Assembly: GCF_009914755.1 (NCBI RefSeq)
Contig: NC_060942.1
DNA length: 64,000 bases
Reading direction: 5' to 3' (one strand)
DNA from: the human T2T-CHM13v2.0 reference genome, Homo sapiens
Part shown: piece by piece, positions 25,601 through 38,400 of the stretch
How positions within the stretch are numbered: the first letter of the stretch is position 1
How the letters are laid out: every line of letters begins with the position of its first letter
The notes under the pieces: model-generated
The model's input: the letters and a program-made list of their open reading frames with translations, nothing else
Databases searched by the model: none
Told to the model about the DNA's origin: nothing
Made by a program: the position numbers and the translations under genes

Positions 25601-28600
25601 TTCTGGTCTATGTTGAAAAAGGAAATATCTTCCCATAACAACTAGACACAAGCATTCTCAGAAACTTGTTTGTGATGTGTGCCCTCTACTGACAGAGTTG
25701 AACCTTTCTTTTCATAGAGCAGTTTTGAAACACTCTTTTTGTAGAATCTGCAAGAGGATATTTGCATAGCTTTGAGGATTTCGTGGGAAACGGGATTGTC
25801 TTCAGGTAAAATCTAGACAGAAGCATTCTCAGAAACTTCTTTGGGATGTTTGCATTCAAGTCACAGAGTAGAACATTCCCTTTGGTAGAGCAGGTTTGAA
25901 ACACTCTTTTTGTAGTATCTGGAAGTGGACATTTGGAGCACTTTCAGGCCTATGTTGGAAAGGGAAATATCTTCCGGTAACAACTAGGCAGAAGCATTCT
26001 CAGAAACTTATTTGAGATGTGTGTACTCAACTAAGAGAATTGAACCACCGTTTTGAAGGAGCAGTTTTGAAACACTCTTTTTCTGGAATCTGCAAGAGGA
26101 TATTTGCCTAGCTTTGAGGATTTCGTTGGAAACGGGATTGTGTTCAGATCAAATCTAGACAGAAGCATTCTCAGAAACTTCTTTGGGATGTTTGCATTCA
26201 AGTCACATAGTAGAACATTCCCTTTGGTAGAGCAGGTGTGAAACACTCTTTTTTTAGTATATGGAAGTGGACATTTGGAGCGCTTTCAGGCCTACGTTGG
26301 AAAAGGAAATATCTTCCCATAACAACTAGACAGAAGCATTCTCAGAAACTAGTTTCTGATGTGTGTCCTCAACTAACACAGTTGAACATTTCTTTAGACA
26401 GAACAGTTTTGAAACTCTCTTTTTGTGGAATCTGCAAGTGGCTATTTGGCTAGATTTGAGGATTTCGTTGGAAACGGGATTACATACAAAAAGCAGACAG
26501 CAGCATTCTCAGAAAGTTCTTTGTGATGATTGCATTCAAGTCACAGAATTGAACATTCCCTTTCACAGAGCAGGTTTGAAACACTCTTTTTGTAGTGTGT
26601 GTAAGTGGACATTTGGAGCACTTTCCGGCCTAAGGTGAGAAAGGAAATATCTTCCCATAAAAACTAGACAGAAGCATTCTCAGAAACTTACTCGTGATGT
26701 GTGTCCTCAACTAAAGAAGTAGAACCTTTCTTTCATAGAGAAGTTTTGAAACGCTCTTTTTGTGGAATCTGCAAGTGGATATTTGGCTAGTTTGGAGGAT
26801 TTCGTTGGAAGCGGGAATTCATACAAATTGCAGACTGCAGCGTTCTGAGAAACATCTTTGTGATGTTTGTATTCAGGACACAGAGTTGAACATTCCCTAT
26901 CATAGAGCAGGTTGGAATCACTCCTTTTGTAGTATCTGGAAGTGGACATTTGGAGTGCTTTCAGGCCTATGTTGGAAAAGGAAATATCTTCCCATAACAA
27001 CTAGACAGAAGCATTCTCAGAAACTTATTTGAGATGTGTGTACTCAACTAAGAGAATTGAACCACCGTTTTGAAGGAGCAGTTTTGAAACACTCTTTTTC
27101 TGGAATCTGCAAGTGGATATTTGGCTAGCTTTGGGGATTTCGCTGGAGGCGGGAATACATATAAAAAGCACACAGCAGCGTTCTGAGAAACTGCTTTCTG
27201 ATGTTTGCATTCAAGTCAAAAGTTGAACACTCCCTTTCATAGAGCAGTCCTGAAACACTCCTTTTGTAGTATCTGGAACTGGACTTTTGGAGCGCTTTCA
27301 GGGCTAAGGTGAAAATGGAAATATCTTCCCATAAAAACTGGACAGAAGCATTCTCAGAAACTTGTTTATGCTGTATCTACTCAACTAACAAAGTTGAACC
27401 TTTCTTTTGATAGAGCAGTTTTGAAATGCTCTTTTTGTGGAATCTGCAAGTGGATATTTGGCTAGTTTTGAGGATTTCGCTGGAAGCGGGAATTCATACA
27501 AATTGCAGACTGCAGCGTTCTGAGAAACATCTTTGTGATGTTTGTATTCAGGACAGAGAGTTGAACATTCCCTATCATAGAGCAGGTTGGAATCACTCCT
27601 TTTGTAGTATCTGGAAGTGGACATTTGGAGCGCTTTCAGGCCTATGTTGAAAAAGGAAATATCTTCCCATAACAACTAGACACAAGCATTCTCAGAAACT
27701 TGTTTGTGATGTGTGCCCTCTACTGACAGAGTTGAACCTTTCTTTTCATAGAGCAGTTTTGAAACACTCTTTTTGTAGAATCTGCAAGAGGATATTTGCA
27801 TAGCTTTGAGGATTTCGTGGGAAACGGGATTGTCTTCAGGTAAAATCTAGACAGAAGCATTCTCAGAAACTTCTTTGGGATGTTTGCATTCAAGTCACAG
27901 AGTAGAACATTCCCTTTGGTAGAGCAGGTTTGAAACACTCTTTTTGTAGTATCTGGAAGTGGACATTTGGAGCGCTTTCAGGCCTATGTTGGAAAGGGAA
28001 ATATCTTCCCGTAACAACTAGGCAGAAGCATTCTCAGAAACTTATTTGAGATGTGTGTACTCAACTAAGAGAATTGAACCACCGTTTTGAAGGAGCAGTT
28101 TAGAAACACTCTTTTTCTGGAATCTGCAAGAGGATATTTGCCTAGACTTGAGGATTTCGTTGGAAACGGGATTGTCTTCAGATCAAATCTAGACAGAAGC
28201 ATTCTCAGAAACTTCTTTGGGATGTTTGCATTCAAGTCACAGAGTAGAACATTCCCTTTGGTAGAGCAGGTTTGAAACACTCTTTTTTTAGTATATGGAA
28301 GTGGACATTTGGAGCGCTTTCAGGCCTACGTTGGAAAAGGAAATATCTTCCCATAACAACTAGACAGAAGCATTCTCAGAAACTAGTTTCTGATGTGTGT
28401 CCTCAACTAACACAGTTGAACATTTCTTTAGAGAGAACAGTTTTGAAACACTCTTTTTGTGGAATCTGCAAGTGGCTATTTGGCTAGATTTGAGGATTTC
28501 GTTGGAAACGGGATTACATATAAAAAGCAGACAGCAGCATTCTCAGAAAGTTCTTTGTGATGATTGCATTCAAGTCACAGAATTGAACATTCCCTTTCAC

Positions 28601-29720
28601 AGAGCAGGTTTGAAACACTCTTTTTGTAGTGTGTGTAAGTGGACATTTGGAGCACTTTCCGGCCTAAGGTGAAAAAGGAAATATCTTCCCATAAAAACTA
28701 GACAGAAGCACTCTCAGAAACTTACTCGTGATGTGTGTCCTCAACTAAAGGAGTAGAACCTTTCTTTTCATAGAGAAGTTTTGAAACGCTCTTTTTGTGG
28801 AATCTGCAAGTGGATATTTGGCTAGTTTGGAGGATTTCGTTGGAAGCGGGAATTCATACAAATTGCAGACTGCAGCGTTCTGAGAAACATCTTTGTGATG
28901 TTTGTATTCAGGACACAGAGTTGAACATTCCCTATCATAGAGCAGGTTTGAATCACTCCTTTTGTAGTATCTGGAAGTGGACATTTGGAGCGCTTTCAGG
29001 CCTATGTTGGAAAAGGAAATATCTTCCCATAACAACTAGACAGAAGCATTCTCAGAAACTTATTTGAGATGTGTGTACTCAACTAAGAGAATTGAACCAC
29101 CGTTTTGAAGGAGCAGTTTTGAAACACTCTTTTTCTGGAATCTGCAAGTGGATATTTGGCTAGCTTTGGGGATTTCGCTGGAAGCGGGAATACATATAAA
29201 AAGCACACAGCAGCGTTCTGAGAAACTGCTTTCTGATGTTTGCATTCAAGTCAAAAGTTGAACACTCCCTTTCATAGTGCAGTCTGAAACACTCCTTTTG
29301 TAGTATCTGGAACTGGACTTTTGGAGCGCTTTCAGGGCTAAGGTGAAAAAGGAAATATCTTCCCATAAAAACTGGACAGAAGCATTCTCAGAAACTTGTT
29401 TATGCTGTATCTACTCAACTAACAAAGTTGAACCTTTCTTTTGATAGAGCAGTTTTGAAATGCTCTTTTTGTGGAATCTGCAAGTGGATATTTGGCTAGT
29501 TTTGAGGATTTCGTTGGAAGCGGGAATTCATACAAATTGCAGACTGCAGCGTTCTGAGAAACATCTTTGTGATGTTTGTATTCAGGACAGAGAGTTGAAC
29601 ATTCCCTATCATAGAGCAGGTTGGAATCACTCCTTTTGTAGTATCTGGAAGTGGACATTTGGAGCGCTTTCAGGCCTATGTTGAAAAAGGAAATATCTTC
29701 CCATAACAACTAGACACAAG

Positions 29721-32430
29721 CATTCTCAGAAACTTGTTTGTGATGTGTGCCCTCTACTGACAGAGTTGAACCTTTCTTTTCATAGAGCAGTTTTGAAACA
29801 CTCTTTTTGTAGAATCTGCAAGAGGATATTTGCATAGCTTTGAGGATTTCGTGGGAAACGGGATTGTCTTCAGGTAAAATCTAGACAGAAGCATTCTCAG
29901 AAACTTCTTTGGGATGTTTGCATTCAAGTCACAGAGTAGAACATTCCCTTTGGTAGAGCAGGTTTGAAACACTCTTTTTGTAGTATCTGGAAGTGGACAT
30001 TTGGAGCGCTTTCAGGCCTATGTTGGAAAGGGAAATATCTTCCCGTAACAACTAGGCAGAAGCATTCTCAGAAACTTATTTGAGATGTGTGTACTCAACT
30101 AAGAGAATTGAACCACCGTTTTGAAGGAGCAGTTTTGAAACACTCTTTTTCTGGAATCTGCAAGAGGATATTTGCCTAGCCTTGAGGATTTCGTTGGAAA
30201 CGGGATTGTCTTCAGATCAAATCTAGACAGAAGCATTCTCAGAAACTTCTTTGGGATGTTTGCATTCAAGTCACAGAGTAGAACATTCCCTTTGGTAGAG
30301 CAGGTTTGAAACACTCTTTTTTTAGTATATGGAAGTGGACATTTGGAGCGCTTTCAGGCCTACGTTGGAAAAGGAAATATCTTCCCATAACAACTAGACA
30401 GAAGCATTCTCAGAAACTAGTTTCTGATGTGTGTCCTCAACTAACACAGTTGAACATTTCTTTAGACAGAACAGTTTTGAAACTCTCTTTTTGTGGAATC
30501 TGCAAGTGGCTATTTGGCTAGATTTGAGGATTTCGTTGGAAACGGGATTACATATAAAAAGCAGACAGCAGCATTCTCAGAAAGTTCTTTGTGATGATTG
30601 CATTCAAGTCACAGAATTGAACATTCCCTTTCACAGAGCAGGTTTGAAACACTCTTTTTATAGTGTGTGTAAGTGGACATTTGGAGCACTTTCCGGCCTA
30701 AGGTGAAAAAGGAAATATCTTCCCATAAAAACTAGACAGAAGCATTCTCAGAAACTTACTCGTGATGTGTGTCCTCAACTAAAGGAGTAGAACCTTTCTT
30801 TTCATAGAGAAGTTTTGAAACGCTCTTTTTGTGGAATCTGCAAGTGGATATTTGGCTAGTTTGGAGGATTTCGTTGGAAGCGGGAATTCATACAAATTGC
30901 AGACTGCAGCGTTCTGAGAAACATCTTTGTGATGTTTGTATTCAGGACACAGAGTTGAACATTCCCTATCATAGAGCAGGTTTGAATCACTCCTTTTGTA
31001 GTATCTGGAAGTGGACATTTGGAGCGCTTTCAGGCCTATGTTGGAAAAGGAAATATCTTCCCATAACAACTAGACAGAAGCATTCTCAGAAACTTATTTG
31101 AGATGTGTGTACTCAACTAAGAGAATTGAACCACCGTTTTGAAGGAGCAGTTTTGAAACACTCTTTTTCTGGAATCTGCAAGTGGATATTTGGCTAGCTT
31201 TGGGGATTTCGCTGGAGGCGGGAATACATATAAAAAGCACACAGCAGCGTTCTGAGAAACTGCTTTCTGATGTTTGCATTCAAGTCAAAAGTTGAACACT
31301 CCCTTTCATAGAGCAGTCCTGAAACACTCCTTTTGTAGTATCTGGAACTGGACTTTTGGAGCGCTTTCAGGGCTAAGGTGAAAAAGGAAATATCTTCCCA
31401 TAAAAACTGGACAGAAGCATTCTCAGAAACTTTTTTATGCTGTATCTACTCAACTAACAAAGTTGAACCTTTCTTTTGATAGAGCAGTTTTGAAATGCTC
31501 TTTTTGTGGAATCTGCAAGTGGATATTTGGCTAGTTTTGAGGATTTCGTTGGAAGCGGGAATTCATACAAATTGCAGACTGCAGCGTTCTGAGAAACATC
31601 TTTGTGATGTTTGTATTCAGGACAGAGAGTTGAACATTCCCTATCATAGAGCAGGTTGGAATCACTCCTTTTGTAGTATCTGGAAGTGGACATTTGGAGC
31701 GCTTTCAGGCCTATGTTGGAAAAGGAAATATCTTCCCATAACAACTAGACAGAAGCATTCTCAGAAACTTATTTGAGATGTGTGTACTCAACTAAGAGAA
31801 TTGAACCACCGTTTTGAAGGAGCAGTTTTGAAACACTCTTTTTCTGGAATCTGCAAGTGGATATTTGGCTAGCTTTGGGGATTTCGCTGGAAGCGGGAAT
31901 ACATATAAAAAGCACACAGCAGCGTTCTGAGAAACTGCTTTCTGATGTTTGCATTCAAGTCAAAAGTTGAACACTCCCTTTCATAGAGCAGTCCTGAAAC
32001 ACTCCTTTTGTAGTATCTGGAACTGGACTTTTGGAGCGCTTTCAGGGCTAAGGTGAAAAAGGAAATATCTTCCCATAAAAACTGGACAGAAGCATTCTCA
32101 GAAACTTGTTTATGCTGTATCTACTCAACTAACAAAGTTGAACCTTTCTTTTGATAGAGCAGTTTTGAAATGCTCTTTTTGTGGAATCTGCAAGTGGATA
32201 TTTGGCTAGTTTTGAGGATTTCGTTGGAAGCGGGAATTCATACAAATTGCAGACTGCAGCGTTCTGAGAAACATCTTTGTGATGTTTGTATTCAGGACAG
32301 AGAGTTGAACATTCCCTATCATAGAGCAGGTTGGAATCACTCCTTTTGTAGTATCTGGAAGTGGACATTTGGAGCGCTTTCAGGCCTATGTTGAAAAAGG
32401 AAATATCTTCCCATAACAACTAGACACAAG
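29721..32430 (+). repeat. 16-mer HOR structural variant (2710 bp); tetramer i-j-k-l duplicated at 31081-31755 / 31756-32430
   Basis: Landmark spacing 30431 to 33141 = 2710 bp; duplicate ORFs at 31094 and 31769 (675 bp apart). Confidence 0.95.
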
Positions 32431-35400
32431 CATTCTCAGAAACTTGTTTGTGATGTGTGCCCTCTACTGACAGAGTTGAACCTTTCTTTTCATAGAGCAG
32501 TTTTGAAACACTCTTTTTGTAGAATCTGCAAGAGGATATTTGCATAGCTTTGAGGATTTCGTGGGAAACGGGATTGTCTTCAGGTAAAATCTAGACAGAA
32601 GCATTCTCAGAAACTTCTTTGGGATGTTTGCATTCAAGTCACAGAGTAGAACATTCCCTTTGGTAGAGCAGGTTTGAAACACTCTTTTTGTAGTATCTGG
32701 AAGTGGACATTTGGAGCGCTTTCAGGCCCATGTTGGAAAGGGAAATATCTTCCCGTAACAACTAGGCAGAAGCATTCTCAGAAACTTATTTGAGATGTGT
32801 GTACTCAACTAAGAGAATTGAACCACCGTTTTGAAGGAGCAGTTTTGAAACACTCTTTTTCTGGAATCTGCAAGAGGATATTTGCCTAGCTTTGAGGATT
32901 TCGTTGGAAACGGGATTGTCTTCAGATCAAATCTAGACAGAAGCATTCTCAGAAACTTCTTTGGGATGTTTGCATTCAAGTCACAGAGTAGAACATTCCC
33001 TTTGGTAGAGCAGGTTTGAAACACTCTTTTTTTAGTATATGGAAGTGGACATTTGGAGCGCTTTCAGGCCTACGTTGGAAAAGGAAATATCTTCCCATAA
33101 CAATTAGACAGAAGCATTCTCAGAAACTAGTTTCTGATGTGTGTCCTCAACTAACACAGTTGAACATTTCTTTAGACAGAACAGTTTTGAAACTCTCTTT
33201 TTGTGGAATCTGCAAGTGGCTATTTGGCTAGATTTGAGGATTTCGTTGGAAACGGGATTACATATAAAAAGCAGACAGCAGCATTCTCAGAACGTTCTTT
33301 GTGATGATTGTATTCAAGTCACAGAATTGAACATTCCCTTTCACAGAGCAGGTTTGAAACACTCTTTTTGTAGTGTGTGTAAGTGGACATTTGGAGCACT
33401 TTCCTGCCTAAGGTGAAAAAGGAAATATCTTCCCATAAAAACTAGACAGAAGCATTCTCAGAAACTTACTCGTGATGTGTGTCCTCAACTAAAGGAGTAG
33501 AACCTTTCTTTTCATAGAGAAGTTTTGAAACGCTCTTTTTGTGGAATCTGCAAGTGGATATTTGGCTAGTTTGGAGGATTTCGTTGGAAGCGGGAATTCA
33601 TACAAATTGCAGACTGCAGCTTTCTGAGAAACATCTTTGTGATGTTTGTATTCAGGACACAGAGTTGAACATTCCCTATCATAGAGCAGGTTTGAATCAC
33701 TCCTTTTGTAGTATCTGGAAGTGGACATTTGGAGCGCTTTCAAGCCTATGTTGGAAAAGGAAATATCTTCCCATAACAACTAGACAGAAGCATTCTCAGA
33801 AACTTATTTGAGATGTGTGTACTCAACTAAGAGAATTGAACCACCGTTTTGAAGGAGCAGTTTTGAAACACTCTTTTTCTGGAATCTGCAAGTGGATATT
33901 TGGCTAGCTTTGGGGATTTCGCTGGAAGCGGGAATACATATAAAAAGCACACAGCAGCGTTCTGAGAAACTGCTTTCTGATGTTTGCATTCAAGTCAAAA
34001 GTTGAACACTCCCTTTCATAGTGCAGTCCTGAAACACTCCTTTTGTAGTATCTGGAACTGGACTTTTGGAGCGCTTTCAGGGCTAAGGTGAAAAAGGAAA
34101 TATCTTCCCATAAAAACTGGACAGAAGCATTCTCAGAAACTTGTTTATGCTGTATCTACTCAACTAACAAAGTTGAACCTTTCTTTTGATAGAGCAGTTT
34201 TGAAATGCTCTTTTTGTGGAATCTGCAAGTGGATATTTGGCTAGTTTTGAGGATTTCGTTGGAAGCGGGAATTCATACAAATTGCAGACTGCAGCGTTCT
34301 GAGAAACATCTTTGTGATGTTTGTATTCAGGACAGAGAGTTGAACATTCCCTATCATAGAGCAGGTTGGAATCACTCCTTTTGTAGTATCTGGAAGTGGA
34401 CATTTGGAGCGCTTTCAGGCCTATGTTGAAAAAGGAAATATCTTCCCATAACAACTAGACACAAGCATTCTCAGAAACTTGTTTGTGATGTGTGCCCTCT
34501 ACTGACAGAGTTGAACCTTTCTTTTCATAGAGCAGTTTTGAAACACTCTTTTTGTAGAATCTGCAAGAGGATATTTGCATAGCTTTGAGGATTTCGTGGG
34601 AAACGGGATTGTCTTCAGGTAAAATCTAGACAGAAGCATTCTCAGAAACTTCTTTGGGATGTTTGCATTCAAGTCACAGAGTAGAACATTCCCTTTGGTA
34701 GAGCAGGTTTGAAACACTCTTTTTGTAGTATCTGGAAGTGGACATTTGGAGCGCTTTCAGGCCTATGTTGGAAAGGGAAATATCTTCCCGTAACAACTAG
34801 GCAGAAGCATTCTCAGAAACTTATTTGAGATGTGTGTACTCAACTAAGAGAATTGAACCACCGTTTTGAAGGAGCAGTTTTGAAACACTCTTTTTCTGGA
34901 ATCTGCAAGAGGATATTTGCCTAGCCTTGAGGATTTCGTTGGAAACGGGATTGTCTTCAGATCAAATCTAGACAGAAGCATTCTCAGAAACTTCTTTGGG
35001 ATGTTTGCATTCAAGTCACAGAGTAGAACATTCCCTTTGGTAGAGCAGGTTTGAAACACTCTTTTTTTAGTATATGGAAGTGGACATTTGGAGCGCTTTC
35101 AGGCCTACGTTGGAAAAGGAAATATCTTCCCATAACAACTAGACAGAAGCATTCTCAGAAACTAGTTTCTGATGTGTGTCCTCAACTAACACAGTTGAAC
35201 ATTTCTTTAGACAGAACAGTTTTGAAACTCTCTTTTTGTGGAATCTGCAAGTGGCTATTTGGCTAGATTTGAGGATTTCGTTGGAAACGGGATTACATAT
35301 AAAAAGCAGACAGCAGCATTCTCAGAAAGTTCTTTGTGATGATTGCATTCAAGTCACAGAATTGAACATTCCCTTTCACAGAGCAGGTTTGAAACACTCT

Positions 35401-38400
35401 TTTTGTAGTGTGTGTAAGTGGACATTTGGAGCACTTTCCGGCCTAAGGTGAAAAAGGAAATATCTTCCCATAAAAACTAGACAGAAGCATTCTCAGAAAC
35501 TTACTCGTGATGTGTGTCCTCAACTAAAGGAGTAGAACCTTTGTTTTCATAGAGAAGTTTTGAAACGCTCTTTTTGTGGAATCTGCAAGTGGATATTTGG
35601 CTAGTTTTGAGGATTTCGTTGGAAGCGGGAATTCATACAAATTGCAGACTGCAGCGTTCTGAGAAACATCTTTGTGATGTTTGTATTCAGGACACAGAGT
35701 TGAACATTCCCTATCATAGAGCAGGTTGGAATCACTCCTTTTGTAGTATCTGGAAGTGGACATTTGGAGCGCTTTCAGGCCTATGTTGGAAAAGGAAATA
35801 TCTTCCCATAACAACTAGACAGAAGCATTCTCAGAAACTTATTTGAGATGTGTGTACTCAACTAAGAGAATTGAACCACCGTTTTGAAGGAGCAGTTTTG
35901 AAACACTCTTTTTCTGGAATCTGCAAGTGGATATTTGGCTAGCTTTGGGGATTTCGCTGGAAGCGGGAATACATATAAAAAGCACACAGCAGCGTTCTGA
36001 GAAACTGCTTTCTGATGTTTGCATTCAAGTCAAAAGTTGAACACTCCCTTTCATAGAGCAGTCCTGAAACACTCCTTTTGTAGTATCTGGAACTGGACTT
36101 TTGGAGCGCTTTCAGGGCTAAGGTGAAAAAGGAAATATCTTCCCATAAAAACTGGACAGAAGCATTCTCAGAAACTTGTTTATGCTGTATCTACTCAACT
36201 AACAAAGTTGAACCTTTCTTTTGATAGAGCAGTTTTGAAATGCTCTTTTTGTGGAATCTGCAAGTGGATATTTGGCTAGTTTTGAGGATTTCGCTGGAAG
36301 CGGGAATTCATACAAATTGCAGACTGCAGCGTTCTGAGAAACATCTTTGTGATGTTTGTATTCAGGACAGAGAGTTGAACATTCCCTATCATAGAGCAGG
36401 TTGGAATCACTCCTTTTGTAGTATCTGGAAGTGGACATTTGGAGCGCTTTCAGGCCTATGTTGAAAAAGGAAATATCTTCCCATAACAACTAGACACAAG
36501 CATTCTCAGAAACTTGTTTGTGATGTGTGCCCTCTAGTGACAGAGTTGAACCTTTCTTTTCATAGAGCAGTTTTGAAACACTCTTTTTGTAGAATCTGCA
36601 AGAGGATATTTGCATAGCTTTGAGGATTTCGTGGGAAACGGGATTGTCTTCAGGTAAAATCTAGACAGAAGCATTCTCAGAAACTTCTTTGGGATGTTTG
36701 CATTCAAGTCACAGAGTAGAACATTCCCTTTGGTAGAGCAGGTTTGAAACACTCTTTTTATAGTATCTGGAAGTGGACATTTGGAGCGCTTTCAGGCCTA
36801 TGTTGGAAAGGGAAATATCTTCCCGTAACAACTAGGCAGAAGCATTCTCAGAAACTTATTTGAGATGTGTGTACTCAACTAAGAGAATTGAACCACCGTT
36901 TTGAAGGAGCAGTTTTGAAACACTCTTTTTCTGGAATCTGCAAGAGGATATTTGCCTAGCTTTGAGGATTTCGTTGGAAACGGGATTGTCTTCAGATCAA
37001 ATCTAGACAGAAGCATTCTCAGAAACTTCTTTGGGATGTTTGCATTCAAGTCACAGAGTAGAACATTCCCTTTGGTAGAGCAGGTTTGAAACACTCTTTT
37101 TTTAGTATATGGAAGTGGACATTTGGAGCGCTTTCAGGCCTACGTTGGAAAAGGAAATATCTTCCCATAACAATTAGACAGAAGCATTCTCAGAAACTAG
37201 TTTCTGATGTGTGTCCTCAACTAACACAGTTGAGCATTTCTTTAGACAGAACAGTTTTGAAACTCTCTTTTTGTGGAATCTGCAAGTGGCTATTTGGCTA
37301 GATTTGAGGATTTCGTTGGAAACGGGATTACATATAAAAAGCAGACAGCAGCATTCTCAGAACGTTCTTTGTGATGATTGCATTCAAGTCACAGAATTGA
37401 ACATTCCCTTTCACAGAGCAGGTTTGAAACACTCTTTTTGTAGTGTGTGTAAGTGGACATTTGGAGCACTTTCCGGCCTAAGGTGAAAAAGGAAATATCT
37501 TCCCATAAAAACTAGACAGAAGCACTCTCAGAAACTTACTCGTGATGTGTGTCCTCAACTAAAGGAGTAGAACCTTTCTTTTCATAGAGAAGTTTTGAAA
37601 CGCTCTTTTTGTGGAATCTGCAAGTGGATATTTGGCTAGTTTGGAGGATTTCGTTGGAAGCGGGAATTCATACAAATTGCAGACTGCAGCGTTCTGAGAA
37701 ACATCTTTGTGATGTTTGTATTCAGGACACAGAGTTGAACATTCCCTATCATAGAGCAGGTTTGAATCACTCCTTTTGTAGTATCTGGAAGTGGACATTT
37801 GGAGCGCTTTCAGGCCTATGTTGGAAAAGGAAATATCTTCCCATAACAACTAGACAGAAGCATTCTCAGAAACTTATTTGAGATGTGTGTACTCAACTAA
37901 GAGAATTGAACCACCGTTTTGAAGGAGCAGTTTTGAAACACTCTTTTTCTGGAATCTGCAAGTGGATATTTGGCTAGCTTTGGGGATTTCGCTGGAAGCG
38001 GGAATACATATAAAAAGCACACAGCAGCGTTCTGAGAAACTGCTTTCTGATGTTTGCATTCAAGTCAAAAGTTGAACACTCCCTTTCATAGTGCAGTCCT
38101 GAAACACTCCTTTTGTAGTATCTGGAACTGGACTTTTGGAGCGCTTTCAGGGCTAAGGTGAAAAAGGAAATATCTTCCCATAAAAACTGGACAGAAGCAT
38201 TCTCAGAAACTTGTTTATGCTGTATCTACTCAACTAACAAAGTTGAACCTTTCTTTTGATAGAGCAGTTTTGAAATGCTCTTTTTGTGGAATCTGCAAGT
38301 GGATATTTGGCTAGTTTTGAGGATTTCGTTGGAAGCGGGAATTCATACAAATTGCAGACTGCAGCGTTCTGAGAAACATCTTTGTGATGTTTGTATTCAG

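Noticed and set aside
29160-29366. Distinct ORFs 'MGRYFLF...' (29160, 42044, 44078) and 'MKEQFR...' (28087)
   Set aside because: They are created by a 1-bp deletion or by a single SNV removing a stop codon in the satellite; they are not genes.
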